From a virus, in IMG/VR virus record IMGVR_UViG_3300035670_010555, positions 96,001 to 160,000 of that record: 64,000 nt of DNA. One strand, written 5' to 3'. The notes under the pieces are model-generated. The model was not told the DNA's origin. It did no database searches and was given only the letters and a program-made list of their open reading frames with translations. Numbering within the stretch: position 1 is the first letter of the stretch; each line of letters starts with the position of its first letter. The translations under genes were made by a program, and so were the position numbers. This document shows, piece after piece, positions 21,027 through 30,757 of the stretch.

Positions 21027-22228
21027 ACTAATAATCCTTCAGGTGATATTTTTACTTGTTTTCCTTTATTTTCAAATACTAAGTTTTTCTTATTTGTTAC
21101 TCCAACAATTTTTGCTGAAGAATTTTCTTCTAAGAATTTTTTAGCAGATAATTCTTGTTCAATAGTTTCACTTAATTTTACAACTTCTTTCATTTGTTTT
21201 CTAACTTCAGAAGTTGATGTACTTTTTTCCTTACTTTCAAGAATTTCTTTTTTCGTAATTTCAAAATATTTAGAAATTACTTTTTCAATTTTGGATTCTC
21301 CAAAAATACTATCGATGATGGCACCATTTCCATATCCGCCTTCTTCCATTTCATATCCCTCAACAGGAACGTCCATATCAGCTTGAATGTCTTCAACTTC
21401 ACTATCATCAGTCATATCTAATCCATCCATGTCATCACCACCCAAATCTTCAGATTCTTCATCAAATTTAGACAGTATATCTTCTCTATCCTCTTCAGAT
21501 AATGACTTAAGGTCTAATGAAGATAATACCATGTTAATAACATACTTTATATCCTCAGAAGTCATTGGTTCACGACTATCTAAAGTTCTAATTTTTTGAG
21601 TCAGTTTTCCAGTTAACTTTTGAATTGTTTTGAAAGATACCTGTTCTTCTTCTCCAGGAGTTTCAACATCCATAGATATGTCAGTATCGACTTCTCCTTC
21701 AGGACCCATGTCTTCCATACCCATATCGATATTCAACTCATCTTCTCCCGCTGGCATTTCATCACTTGGAGATGCTGGCAAAGATGGTGCAGGAACTGCT
21801 GGTGGTGTTGCAGGTACATCAGATGCTGGCATTGGTTCTGCTGCTGGTTTAGGAGTTTTTAACGTGAATCTTTTTTGTTCTCCGTATAAAGAAACTTCCT
21901 CTTCGTTTTCATTGATTCTGTTCAACTCTCCAGCGACTAAATTTAATCTTTTGAATGCCTGAGAATATGAAGAATAGTATTTTCTATTTTTCATTGGCTC
22001 AATATAATCAGTCTCAGATTCTGAAATGGTTTTCTTGATGATATAACCCTGTCTTTCTTTAACTATCTCATATTGGTTACCATCCGCTAAAGAAATAGAG
22101 TATTCACTTCTCGCGGTCTCATTAATATTAGATGGAATTACTTCGTTAAAACGAGCAATTTCCATAATTCTTTTTATTTTATCTTGTCCAGTTAATTTTT
22201 CACTGCCAAGTGGTTTCAAATCTCCCAT
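21023..22228 (-). CDS. Hypothetical acidic protein (possible internal head protein)
   Basis: 401 aa with KIKRIMEIA N-terminal helix and acidic/Pro linkers. Confidence 0.55.
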   Translation of the reverse strand: MGDLKPLGSEKLTGQDKIKRIMEIARFNEVIPSNINETARSEYSISLADGNQYEIVKERQGYIIKKTISESETDYIEPMKNRKYYSSYSQAFKRLNLVAGELNRINENEEEVSLYGEQKRFTLKTPKPAAEPMPASDVPATPPAVPAPSLPASPSDEMPAGEDELNIDMGMEDMGPEGEVDTDISMDVETPGEEEQVSFKTIQKLTGKLTQKIRTLDSREPMTSEDIKYVINMVLSSLDLKSLSEEDREDILSKFDEESEDLGGDDMDGLDMTDDSEVEDIQADMDVPVEGYEMEEGGYGNGAIIDSIFGESKIEKVISKYFEITKKEILESKEKSTSTSEVRKQMKEVVKLSETIEQELSAKKFLEENSSAKIVGVTNKKNLVFENKGKQVKISPEGLLV

Positions 22229-22257
22229 ATTACGATTTATTTATATTTTTTGTTTTT

Positions 22258-23505
22258 TTAATTATTTAATCCTTGAAATCCTCCTAAAGATATTGCATTT
22301 AATTGAACTATTGTTACATTCCCATTTTCATCTGTCATTTCTTGGTATGGAACAGTTGAACCAGCTGGAGCGGTTCCTCCACTAAATGACCCTAACATAT
22401 CAATAGTATATTGGTATTGTTGATTAACCTCAATAGTATAATCAGGTGTCACACTCGGAGTAGGTGTTGCGGTTGGAGTTGATGCCGGAGTCCCCGTTGG
22501 TGTCGGAGTTGACCCTGCAGTGCCTGTTGGTGATGCGGTAATACTCGGTGTTGGTGAATTAGTTGCAGTATTTGTTGGAGTTGACGTTTGAGTTGTAGTC
22601 ACACTTGGTGTTGGAGTGGTGGTTGAAGTTGTTGTATTAGTAGGTGTTTGAGTTTGTGTCGCAGTATTAGTAGGTGTTTGAGTTGTGGTTGGTGTTGGTG
22701 TTACTTCCGCAGTTCCTGTTTGAGTTGGTGTCGGTGTTTGTGTAGATGTTGTAGTCGGAGTTGGAGTATTAGAGGCGGTAGGCGTTGGAGTAATGTCTCC
22801 AAGACACTCAACACAAGTATTCCATGGTCCGTTGAAAATAGTAACAGTTGCTGCTAATGGAGTTTCAATTCCGTTAACAACAGTATAACATTGATGACTA
22901 CCATCCGGTAATGATAAGTCATATATTTTATCATTTATTAAACTACCTATAAACTTGGCATAAAACGCATCTCCTCCTGAACATGGTGTTATAATATAAT
23001 ATGTAAACGGTAGTGGAGATTTCGTTGGTGTAACCGTATTAGTCGGTGTAACTGTAGGTGTGGATGTGTTTGTTGCCGTTACAGTCGCAGTTGGGGTATT
23101 AGTTGCGGTATTCGTCGGAGTTGCAGTATTTGTTGGTGTCACAGTTGGAGTTGCGGTATTCGTTGCGGTTTGAGTATTTGTTGGTGTATGAGTATTAGTC
23201 GGAGTCGCGGTATTTGTTGGAGTTATAGTATTTGTTGGAGTTTGTGTTGGTGTTGCGGTATTAGATGCGGTAGGAGTTGGAGTAACATCTCCAAGACACT
23301 CAATACAATTATCCCATGGCCCATTAAATATTGTTGCAGTCGCGGCTAAAGGAGTGTCAAAACCAGGTCCAATAGAATAACATCCGTTAGAACCTCCTCC
23401 GATGATAAGGTCGTAGATTTTACCTACAATGAGATTTTCTTCCGACTTTATGTATAAAGTATTAGAAGAATTACAAGAAGACGCAATATAATAATTAAAA
23501 GCCAT
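22258..23505 (-). CDS. Thr/Pro-rich mucin-like protein with two homologous Cys-containing domains
   Basis: Duplicated YYI...C...KIYDL...CY....TPLAAT.TIFNGPW..C.ECLGD domain separated by (TPT/TNT)n linkers. Confidence 0.75.
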   Translation of the reverse strand: MAFNYYIASSCNSSNTLYIKSEENLIVGKIYDLIIGGGSNGCYSIGPGFDTPLAATATIFNGPWDNCIECLGDVTPTPTASNTATPTQTPTNTITPTNTATPTNTHTPTNTQTATNTATPTVTPTNTATPTNTATNTPTATVTATNTSTPTVTPTNTVTPTKSPLPFTYYIITPCSGGDAFYAKFIGSLINDKIYDLSLPDGSHQCYTVVNGIETPLAATVTIFNGPWNTCVECLGDITPTPTASNTPTPTTTSTQTPTPTQTGTAEVTPTPTTTQTPTNTATQTQTPTNTTTSTTTPTPSVTTTQTSTPTNTATNSPTPSITASPTGTAGSTPTPTGTPASTPTATPTPSVTPDYTIEVNQQYQYTIDMLGSFSGGTAPAGSTVPYQEMTDENGNVTIVQLNAISLGGFQGLNN

Positions 23506-23558
23506 TTAATTTTTTCTTTATAAATATATGGTTATTCACATTTATTAAGGTGTAAGTA

Positions 23559-24302
23559 TCAGTCTTCCAATTTTCTCTCAATAGAAAGTTCTTTATCGAG
23601 AGCTTTATTTGACATATCAAACAATCTTTCAATGTGACCTGATCTTCTTAAAAACTTAAAAACCAAGTTTTCATATGAAAGTTCACCCTCTTTTTCCAAC
23701 CCTGATTTTCTATAATTTTTCAATTTTTCTTTAATCGAATCTATCAACTTAATATCATCTTCCGAACTTTCAGATTCAATTACTTTATCAATTTTTTCAG
23801 TCCAATTTTTGATTTTCTTTTCCAAAACTGATTTATCAATTTCATTTTCTAACTGTTTAGGTTTTGTTACCCACTCATCATTCATCACTGAATAAACACC
23901 TGTTGCGAAATGTGGCTCTTCATTATCTTGTGCATATAATTCAACATCATATCCAAATATTTTAATGTCGTGTTTGTCGTTGAATACTTGTTTCTTTAGA
24001 TTATATAATTCTTTATACAATGTTGCTTCGTCTTCGAATTGTTGTAAATCTACTAAAATGTGCAAATCAAAATCAGAATATTCTGACCAATTAAAATTTG
24101 CCAACGAACCAGTCAAAACGATATCTTCAACAAAAACCTCTTCACCAAGATAATCGATGAATTTTTCAGCAATCTTCAATAAAGCGTTTTTCACCTTAGG
24201 AACCATTGTTGCTTTCTGTGGGTTCTCAGGATTCTCCCAAATTTTTGGATTGAGAGTTTCTTGTACTGAAAAACTATTAAGGATTTTTTGAAAATTATTC
24301 AT
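23559..24302 (-). CDS. Pol-beta-family nucleotidyltransferase
   Basis: LTGSLANFNW..SDFDLH signature (GS...DxD) plus a third acidic residue in DVELY. Confidence 0.75.
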   Translation of the reverse strand: MNNFQKILNSFSVQETLNPKIWENPENPQKATMVPKVKNALLKIAEKFIDYLGEEVFVEDIVLTGSLANFNWSEYSDFDLHILVDLQQFEDEATLYKELYNLKKQVFNDKHDIKIFGYDVELYAQDNEEPHFATGVYSVMNDEWVTKPKQLENEIDKSVLEKKIKNWTEKIDKVIESESSEDDIKLIDSIKEKLKNYRKSGLEKEGELSYENLVFKFLRRSGHIERLFDMSNKALDKELSIERKLED

Positions 24303-24313
24303 CTAGATAAATA

Positions 24314-24556
24314 CTATAATTTCTTATACTTGAATGTCTTTGATATGTCCGTAGTAAAAAATTTTCCTTGCGACTCCGACATTCTGAATTTTGTATACAC
24401 TTGGTGAGGGACATCATCATACTCATATTTGAACCCGTTATTAAATTCTACTACAAGTTTTTTCGTTTCCGTGTCGTATTCTGTTTTTTTAATGTTGGAA
24501 GATTTTATTTCATTAATAATCTTCGTCCCCTGAATCTCTTCTTTCAGTATTGCCAT
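24314..24556 (-). CDS. KTSC-domain protein
   Basis: SSNI....YD.....L.VEF.NG..YEY.DVP......F..SES.GKFF pattern. Confidence 0.85.
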   Translation of the reverse strand: MAILKEEIQGTKIINEIKSSNIKKTEYDTETKKLVVEFNNGFKYEYDDVPHQVYTKFRMSESQGKFFTTDISKTFKYKKL

Positions 24557-24845
24557 CTTTAAGTGGGGTTAATTCGTTTATTTTTAATAGTTGCGGCATA
24601 ATAAAATCCGCGATTTCGTCTCTAGTCGCATCAAAACCATAATTCTGAATAAATCTAACCACTTCGTTAAATTCATTATTAAACTTTTCTTGTAGACTCA
24701 TCATCTTAAAAGTGTATGTTGGGGGATTGTCTAGTTCTGATTCACTAAATCCCATCTCCTGTAAATGTTGTCTCAATCTTAAATAAATGTCCAAGAGATC
24801 TCTTAAATGAGAAGAATGAGTTAGATATTTTTCAAAAGGTTTCAT
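24513..24845 (-). CDS. Hypothetical protein
   Basis: Start revised to ATG 24845 (MKPFEK); the longer ORF runs through a terminator. Confidence 0.5.
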   Translation of the reverse strand: MKPFEKYLTHSSHLRDLLDIYLRLRQHLQEMGFSESELDNPPTYTFKMMSLQEKFNNEFNEVVRFIQNYGFDATRDEIADFIMPQLLKINELTPLKDGNTERRDSGDEDY

Positions 24846-24926
24846 AAATATAAATATTATAAAAATTTTTTGTATATAAAGTACCGCAAAAATAAAAAAC
24901 CCCCACATTTGTGTGAGGGTTTATGA

Positions 24927-25298
24927 TTACTTCAACTTCTTGAGTTGGTCTCGGATTTCAATCGATTTTTCAAAATTTTGTTCTTCGATTGATTTTTTAA
25001 GTTCCTCTTCAAGTTTGTCGATTTCCTTTTGGTTAGATTCCAATTTCTTGATTTGGTCTCTTAGTTCAACCGCCCTTTCAAAATCTTCATTTTCGATTGC
25101 AATTTCAAGTTGTTGTTTCAAATTTTTTGAAGTTGGGTTTGTTTTAGTGTTGTCGTAGTAATACGTAGTTATTTTCATTGTCCCATCTTCTGAAACTTTA
25201 GTTTGAGTTTTCCACTCACCGTTATTTGGGGTTAATTGTGTGAACATTTCATCGAATGCTCTAAAGATGTCATTATAAGATCTTCTGTTACCAAACAT
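24927..25298 (-). CDS. Twin UVR (UvrB/C coiled-coil) domain protein, candidate ClpC adaptor
   Basis: Two motifs, L..AIENEDFERAVELRDQI and L..SIEEQNFEKSIEIRDQL; divergent from clpC. Confidence 0.75.
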   Translation of the reverse strand: MFGNRRSYNDIFRAFDEMFTQLTPNNGEWKTQTKVSEDGTMKITTYYYDNTKTNPTSKNLKQQLEIAIENEDFERAVELRDQIKKLESNQKEIDKLEEELKKSIEEQNFEKSIEIRDQLKKLK

Positions 25299-25475
25299 AA
25301 TTTTAATTTTTTGTTTTAAGTTTATTTGTTATCTTTGTATTCAAGATTGGTGCCGACCATAATAATATGACAATCTGTCAGAAAAACAAAGTTTTTTTAC
25401 TTTTTTTATGACAACTTGTCTTTTTATTTGGAAAAGAATAAATTTTGATATTACTTTGTAAAAACTAAAAAACGT

Positions 25476-27488
25476 ATGAACGACTTAATGGACGACGAAG
25501 ACAAAATGATGAGTAAAAAACAGAAGTCAGGAGATACCTCGACACCTGTGCTAGACAATTTCAGTAGAGACTTGAATAAACTTGCAGAGGCGGGTAAATT
25601 GGACCCTGTCATCGGAAGAGACCGAGAGATTCTACGAATCGCTCAAATTCTTTCCCGAAGAAAGAAAAATAACCCAATTATTCTTGGTGAACCTGGTTGT
25701 GGTAAGACCGCAATCGTTGAAGGTTTGGCAATGAAAATTGTTAATGGTGATTGTCCTCGTAATCTCTTGGATAAGAGATTGGTTAACCTTGACCTAACTT
25801 CAGTTGTTGCCGGTACAAAGTATCGTGGACAATTTGAAGAAAGAATGAAGGTTATCATTGAAGAACTTCAAGCTAATCCTAACATCATCGTATTCATTGA
25901 TGAGATTCATACGTTGGTTGGTTCAGGTAATTCCTCAGGTTCGATGGATGGTTCCAACATTTTCAAACCAGCATTGGCACGTGGTGAACTACAAGTAATC
26001 GGTGCAACCACTTTGGATGAATTCAGAAAGAACATCGAAAAAGATGGGGCATTGGAACGTAGATTCCAAAAAGTCATTGTTGACCCATCTACAGTGACTG
26101 AGACAATCCAAATTTTGAAAAATGTTCGGGACAAATACGAAACATATCACAAAGTGACTTATTCCGATGAAGTCATTGAAACTTGTGTTAAGTTGGCGGA
26201 TAGATATATCACCGACCGTGAATTCCCTGACAAAGCATTCGACATCTTGGATGAAGTTGGAGCTAGAATGCAAACCGAACTTAAGGTTCCCGAAGCAATC
26301 GAAGAGTTGAAGCGTAAGGCTGCAGAGCTGAAACAACAGAAGTTGGATGTAGTTAAAAAACAGAATTACGAACAAGCGGCACAACTCAGAGACAAGGAAA
26401 AAAAGTTGTTGGACAAATTGGAACAAGAAAAACAAAAGTTCGAGGAACAAATGTCCAAAGACAAACAAAAGGTCGGAATGGATGATGTTTATGATGTTGT
26501 TTCAAACATGACTAAAATCCCTGTTAACAAAATGTCTACAGATGATACCAAAGCGTTGTTGAACTTAGATAAACACATTGTTGGAACTGTCATTGGTCAG
26601 GATGCTGCGGTCATCAAGGTTGCAAAATCTATCAAGAGAAACCGACTTGGTATCAAAGATCCAAATCGTCCGATTGGTTCATTCGTTTTCTTGGGTTCAA
26701 CTGGTGTTGGTAAAACTCACCTTGCAAAACAACTTGCAAAAGAAATGTTTGGAAGTGAGGACGCACTAATCCGTGTGGATATGTCTGAGTACCAAGAGAA
26801 ACACACCGTATCCAAATTAGTTGGAGCTCCTCCAGGCTATGTTGGATATGAAGAAGGTGGGTTGTTGACTGAGAAAGTTAAGAACAAACCTTACTCTGTT
26901 ATCTTGTTCGATGAGGTTGAGAAAGCTCACAAGGACGTATTCACGGTGTTACTACAAATCTTGGACGATGGTCACGTTACAGATAGTTTGGGTAGAAAGA
27001 TTAATTTCAAAAACACTTTGATTATCTTAACATCAAATCTTGGAGTTAAAAAACTACAGGACTTCGGGACTGGTATTGGATTCTCAAATAATACCTATAG
27101 TAACGAAGAAGCGAAGAAAGATATCTTGATGAAAGAAATGAAAAATTTCTTTTCTCCTGAGTTTATTAATCGTATCGATGACACCATCGTTTTCAATTCT
27201 CTATCTCAAGAGGATATCAAGAAAATCACTGACATCGAACTTAAGAAGTTGATGAATCGTCTTGACGAAATGAAGTATAAGATTACTTATGATGAATCAC
27301 TTTTGAATTACCTATCAAAAATCGGATATGATGAGGTATACGGTGCAAGACCACTCAAGAGAGCGATTCAGGATAAAGTTGAAGACTTATTATCTGAAGA
27401 AGTTCTGACCGACAAAATTATCGTAGGAAAAACCTACGTGATTAAAGTCGAAGATGAAGTAGTCAAAGTAGTCAAGAAAGGTCGGTAA
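25476..27488 (+). CDS. clpC: ClpC-type AAA+ unfoldase lacking the N-terminal Clp repeat domain
   Basis: Two Walker A motifs ([16 protein letters not shown]), UVR-type M-domain ([11 protein letters not shown]), IGF ClpP-docking loop and GARPLKR. Confidence 0.9.
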   Translation: MNDLMDDEDKMMSKKQKSGDTSTPVLDNFSRDLNKLAEAGKLDPVIGRDREILRIAQILSRRKKNNPIILGEPGCGKTAIVEGLAMKIVNGDCPRNLLDKRLVNLDLTSVVAGTKYRGQFEERMKVIIEELQANPNIIVFIDEIHTLVGSGNSSGSMDGSNIFKPALARGELQVIGATTLDEFRKNIEKDGALERRFQKVIVDPSTVTETIQILKNVRDKYETYHKVTYSDEVIETCVKLADRYITDREFPDKAFDILDEVGARMQTELKVPEAIEELKRKAAELKQQKLDVVKKQNYEQAAQLRDKEKKLLDKLEQEKQKFEEQMSKDKQKVGMDDVYDVVSNMTKIPVNKMSTDDTKALLNLDKHIVGTVIGQDAAVIKVAKSIKRNRLGIKDPNRPIGSFVFLGSTGVGKTHLAKQLAKEMFGSEDALIRVDMSEYQEKHTVSKLVGAPPGYVGYEEGGLLTEKVKNKPYSVILFDEVEKAHKDVFTVLLQILDDGHVTDSLGRKINFKNTLIILTSNLGVKKLQDFGTGIGFSNNTYSNEEAKKDILMKEMKNFFSPEFINRIDDTIVFNSLSQEDIKKITDIELKKLMNRLDEMKYKITYDESLLNYLSKIGYDEVYGARPLKRAIQDKVEDLLSEEVLTDKIIVGKTYVIKVEDEVVKVVKKGR

Positions 27489-27530
27489 ATTAAAAAGGGG
27501 AGAAATCCCCTTTTTTTTATATTTATAATC

Positions 27531-28139
27531 ATGAGTAATTTCTCCCGACTGTTAGACAAATTCAAAAATTCATTTCCAGAAGATTTACAATCAAAAGTTG
27601 ATGTAATTGAAAATTACGTGGCAAACTACATCCAAGAAAATAACATCAATGTAAAATTTTTGAATTCTTGTAATGCGGGATTCAAAGGAGTTAGAACAAG
27701 AGACCAAATTATTATTTGTTCTCCTTTTGGTATGGAAACCATAGGGGATTTTTTATATACCATATTTCACGAAATTAGGCATGAACAGCAGATTAGAGAT
27801 TTGAAAATGTTAAATCCTTTAACGGATTTTGATTTAGAGGATTTCGAGGCTCTTTACGAACAATACTGGAATATGGAGTTGGATGCCGACAAATTCGCAA
27901 AAGAAATGGTGGCAAAACTGGTAATCAAATTGGGGATTCCAATCGACATTGCGAAAAAATTATTTTCGTTATCACTATACGTTCAGCAATATCCAACCAT
28001 GTCAAACATGGTTCGTGGAGGGATTCAACAAATTATTAACGACATTAAGAGAATAAAAAAATCGGGTGGAGAATATACTGACATTCAAGACCACCCGGTA
28101 GTACAAAGACACATAGATAAGTTAGAAGATTTTATTTAA
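27531..28139 (+). CDS. HExxH metalloprotease-like protein
   Basis: IFHEIRHEQQ followed by E.DA motif. Confidence 0.6.
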   Translation: MSNFSRLLDKFKNSFPEDLQSKVDVIENYVANYIQENNINVKFLNSCNAGFKGVRTRDQIIICSPFGMETIGDFLYTIFHEIRHEQQIRDLKMLNPLTDFDLEDFEALYEQYWNMELDADKFAKEMVAKLVIKLGIPIDIAKKLFSLSLYVQQYPTMSNMVRGGIQQIINDIKRIKKSGGEYTDIQDHPVVQRHIDKLEDFI

Positions 28140-28973
28140 TCAAAACGGATGAAACTGTCCTCTTGGTACTGACTTTTTGAAATGTAATTTATAACCCAAC
28201 TCTTCAATCATTTTTCTTCCCATTTCTATACCGTTGAATACGTCCTCGATGATTACATATTCTTCAGGACTATGATAATCATAATAACCAATAGAAAAAT
28301 TAATACAAGAAAAATCGAATTTACTTCTCAAAGCATAAACGTCAGTATATGGGTGAACCATATATCGCATTTGTTCGGTAATCATTCCTTCAGTCAAAAC
28401 TTTATCAATTTTTTCGAAGAACTCGGTACCTCTGTCGAATAACACTTGCCCAAAACATGTCTCAGTAATCATCCAATTTTCCGGAGCATCGAACTGAATA
28501 CCATATCCAACATTTTCAAAAAATTTGGAATCGGCCGCTTTTGAACCATGGCATCCAGTTTCTTCTGAAACAAAGAATGCTGCTTTAAGGTATGGTAATT
28601 CTTTTAGTAAAGTTAAACAAGCAAACACTCCACACTTATCGTCTCCTCCAATACCTGTCGGCATCTCGTTATCATTGAATGCCTTTAACGCTGGTTTCAA
28701 TTCCCCTTGAGCGTTTTTTAACATCATTTCTTTAACGTTGATTGTATCAATATGGTGAACTGTATCGGTATGCGATATTACACAAGGAAAATAAAAATCT
28801 TCGGGAAGTTCAGTTGTTTCTTTTTTGGTTGCGTAGATATTCATTTTGTCATCAACATAATGTTCTATATTGTTTTCGGTTAACCAATTAACCAAAAATT
28901 CAACCATACGATGTTCTTGGTAAGTTTTTGTGGGTACGCTCAAAACTTCTTTGAGTAACGTTATATCTTTCAT
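28140..28973 (-). CDS. M20/M28-clan zinc peptidase-like hydrolase
   Basis: SHTDTV, GGDDKCG, SEE.G and YH motifs. Confidence 0.75.
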   Translation of the reverse strand: MKDITLLKEVLSVPTKTYQEHRMVEFLVNWLTENNIEHYVDDKMNIYATKKETTELPEDFYFPCVISHTDTVHHIDTINVKEMMLKNAQGELKPALKAFNDNEMPTGIGGDDKCGVFACLTLLKELPYLKAAFFVSEETGCHGSKAADSKFFENVGYGIQFDAPENWMITETCFGQVLFDRGTEFFEKIDKVLTEGMITEQMRYMVHPYTDVYALRSKFDFSCINFSIGYYDYHSPEEYVIIEDVFNGIEMGRKMIEELGYKLHFKKSVPRGQFHPF

Positions 28974-28993
28974 TTTACAAAGATATAAATAAA

Positions 28994-30037
28994 TTAGATT
29001 TCATCCAAACTAAATAATGAAGGTTGGTATAATAAATTGTAAAAATTTTGTTCACTCATTAATATACTTTTTTGCTTCAATCCCTTTGATAATGTTACCA
29101 CCACTTTCATCTCAGGAAACTTAAATCCTTCAATTTTGAACCTTGTTTCTTTTTTGGGGTCTTTTGGTAAAAAGTAGTATTCTTCTTGTCTGAATTTTTT
29201 CAAAATTCTAGAAGTCATGTCAGTGAAATCTTTGAAGCTAACTCCTTCCTCTTCTCCATCTTCCTGAATCGTATCCAAAATTTCAGTAAAAATTGTGTTT
29301 GCGGTTCTATTGAAACTTGCAGAATCAAAATCATCAGGGTCTTGGTATGCATAATAATCTTCTTGCCAACCACCTGGTGCTTGCTTTCTACCAAAAATTC
29401 TTTCTAATAATTCTTTCGAAGAAATGTGAAGGTCACCCTCGTTAATATATAATGCTATCAAGTCCGCCACCGTAATTCTAAATCCATCTGTATAAGCGTC
29501 GATACCCAACTCATCGAAATACTCATCCATCTCTTTATTCATCGCGGTCGAAAGAGATCTTTGGAACGCGTGATTTTTTTCGTAGACATAATCTTCGATG
29601 ACATACTTTATTTTTTTTCCAAAATTATCCATCAATACTCGGGATAACTCTTTTCTGTATTCGTCATCTGAAAAGTCGACTTTCATGGGAAGTATTGCTC
29701 TAGAAATTTCAGATAATATTTGTTTATTTTCGTCATCTAAAGTATAGTAAAAACTATACCCTTCCATAAAATCTTCTGTGGAGGAATAATGGTCTATAAA
29801 TTCATAATCGTTATACGGGGAATTAATCACTTGATAAAACCAAACATCATCTTCCGATAATCCCAACGCCTCTAAAAATTCTTGTTGATTTTTGAACTCA
29901 ACACTTATAACACTTTGACCTGGCGTATTTCGGTCCTCTCTCATGTACGAGAATAAATCATCCGAAGATAATAATTCATCTTTAGTTATTTTTCTTTTAG
30001 CATAATTCCTTAATGATCTGAAAGTTTCGTAATTCAT
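28994..30037 (-). CDS. Hypothetical acidic protein
   Basis: Start revised to ATG 30037, just downstream of TATTTAT. Confidence 0.55.
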   Translation of the reverse strand: MNYETFRSLRNYAKRKITKDELLSSDDLFSYMREDRNTPGQSVISVEFKNQQEFLEALGLSEDDVWFYQVINSPYNDYEFIDHYSSTEDFMEGYSFYYTLDDENKQILSEISRAILPMKVDFSDDEYRKELSRVLMDNFGKKIKYVIEDYVYEKNHAFQRSLSTAMNKEMDEYFDELGIDAYTDGFRITVADLIALYINEGDLHISSKELLERIFGRKQAPGGWQEDYYAYQDPDDFDSASFNRTANTIFTEILDTIQEDGEEEGVSFKDFTDMTSRILKKFRQEEYYFLPKDPKKETRFKIEGFKFPEMKVVVTLSKGLKQKSILMSEQNFYNLLYQPSLFSLDEI

Positions 30038-30083
30038 ACTACAAATAAATATCAATTCTGTTGGATTTGGAAATATTTATACA

Positions 30084-30091
30084 TACATTTG
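30084..30091 (+). promoter_or_regulatory. Bacteroidota-type -7 promoter box (TAnnTTTG) for the tmRNA
   Basis: TACATTTG 10 nt before the tmRNA 5' end with TTG about 20 nt upstream. The same box occurs at 5554, 25330 and 47541 (+) and at 28978, 42890 and 46249 (-). Confidence 0.65.
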
Positions 30092-30100
30092 TAAAACAAT

Positions 30101-30514
30101 GGGGTAGACAGGTATCGATTGGCATTGTTGGGGATAAGTGGCACGTAGTCAGAATTCATCTATGACTTAAATCTATGGTGAAGAAAGTAAACGGCAATAC
30201 TCTTGCTAAGATGTCTGCTCTAGGTTTAACTAGAGAAGCGTCTGTTGTAACTGCTTAATTAGTTGATACAACGTCAGGTCGAATGGGCATATAACCTAGG
30301 AACAGAAGCCCTCTAAGGTGTGATACCACCCGAAGCGTATCGAAGGTCACGTTCAGAGGACTACCTTAGTATAAGTGAACTCGACACAGTTGTTGGTAAC
30401 GATGTCAAAATAGGAACCAAATATTTCGGAAGGTATAACAAACCTTGACCTAAACGTGTAGTCATTTATTGTCAAGGTGAGCAAGACCGGAGTTCGACTC
30501 TCCGCTACTCCACC
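30101..30514 (+). ncRNA. ssrA: tmRNA
   Basis: GGGGTAG/CTACTCC-A acceptor stem with G3.U70, T-arm CGGAG-TTCGACT-CTCCG, and internal tag frame 30193-30258 (GNTLAKMSALGLTREASVVTA*) after TAAAC. Confidence 0.9.
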
Positions 30515-30520
30515 TTCAAC

Positions 30521-30549
30521 AAAAAAGGGAGTCAATAACTCCCTTTTTT
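30521..30549 (+). terminator. Intrinsic terminator after the tmRNA
   Basis: aaaaaagggagt-caata-actccctttttt. Confidence 0.8.
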
Positions 30550-30757
30550 ATTTTCGAACTTGACAATTAACATAAACTTAATATTTTTAATTAAAATTTT
30601 TAATACTTATCAGTAACTTCATAATATTATGAAAAAAAATTATTATAACCTTACCACAAATAATTTTCCACAAGAAAAATAAGTTCCCGCGTATTGATTT
30701 ACTCGGGATTTTTTTTTATAAATAAACAATCAAATAAATAACAAAAAAACAAAAACA

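Noticed and set aside
30353-30535. 60-aa minus-strand ORF
   Set aside because: It is antisense to the tmRNA 3' domain.
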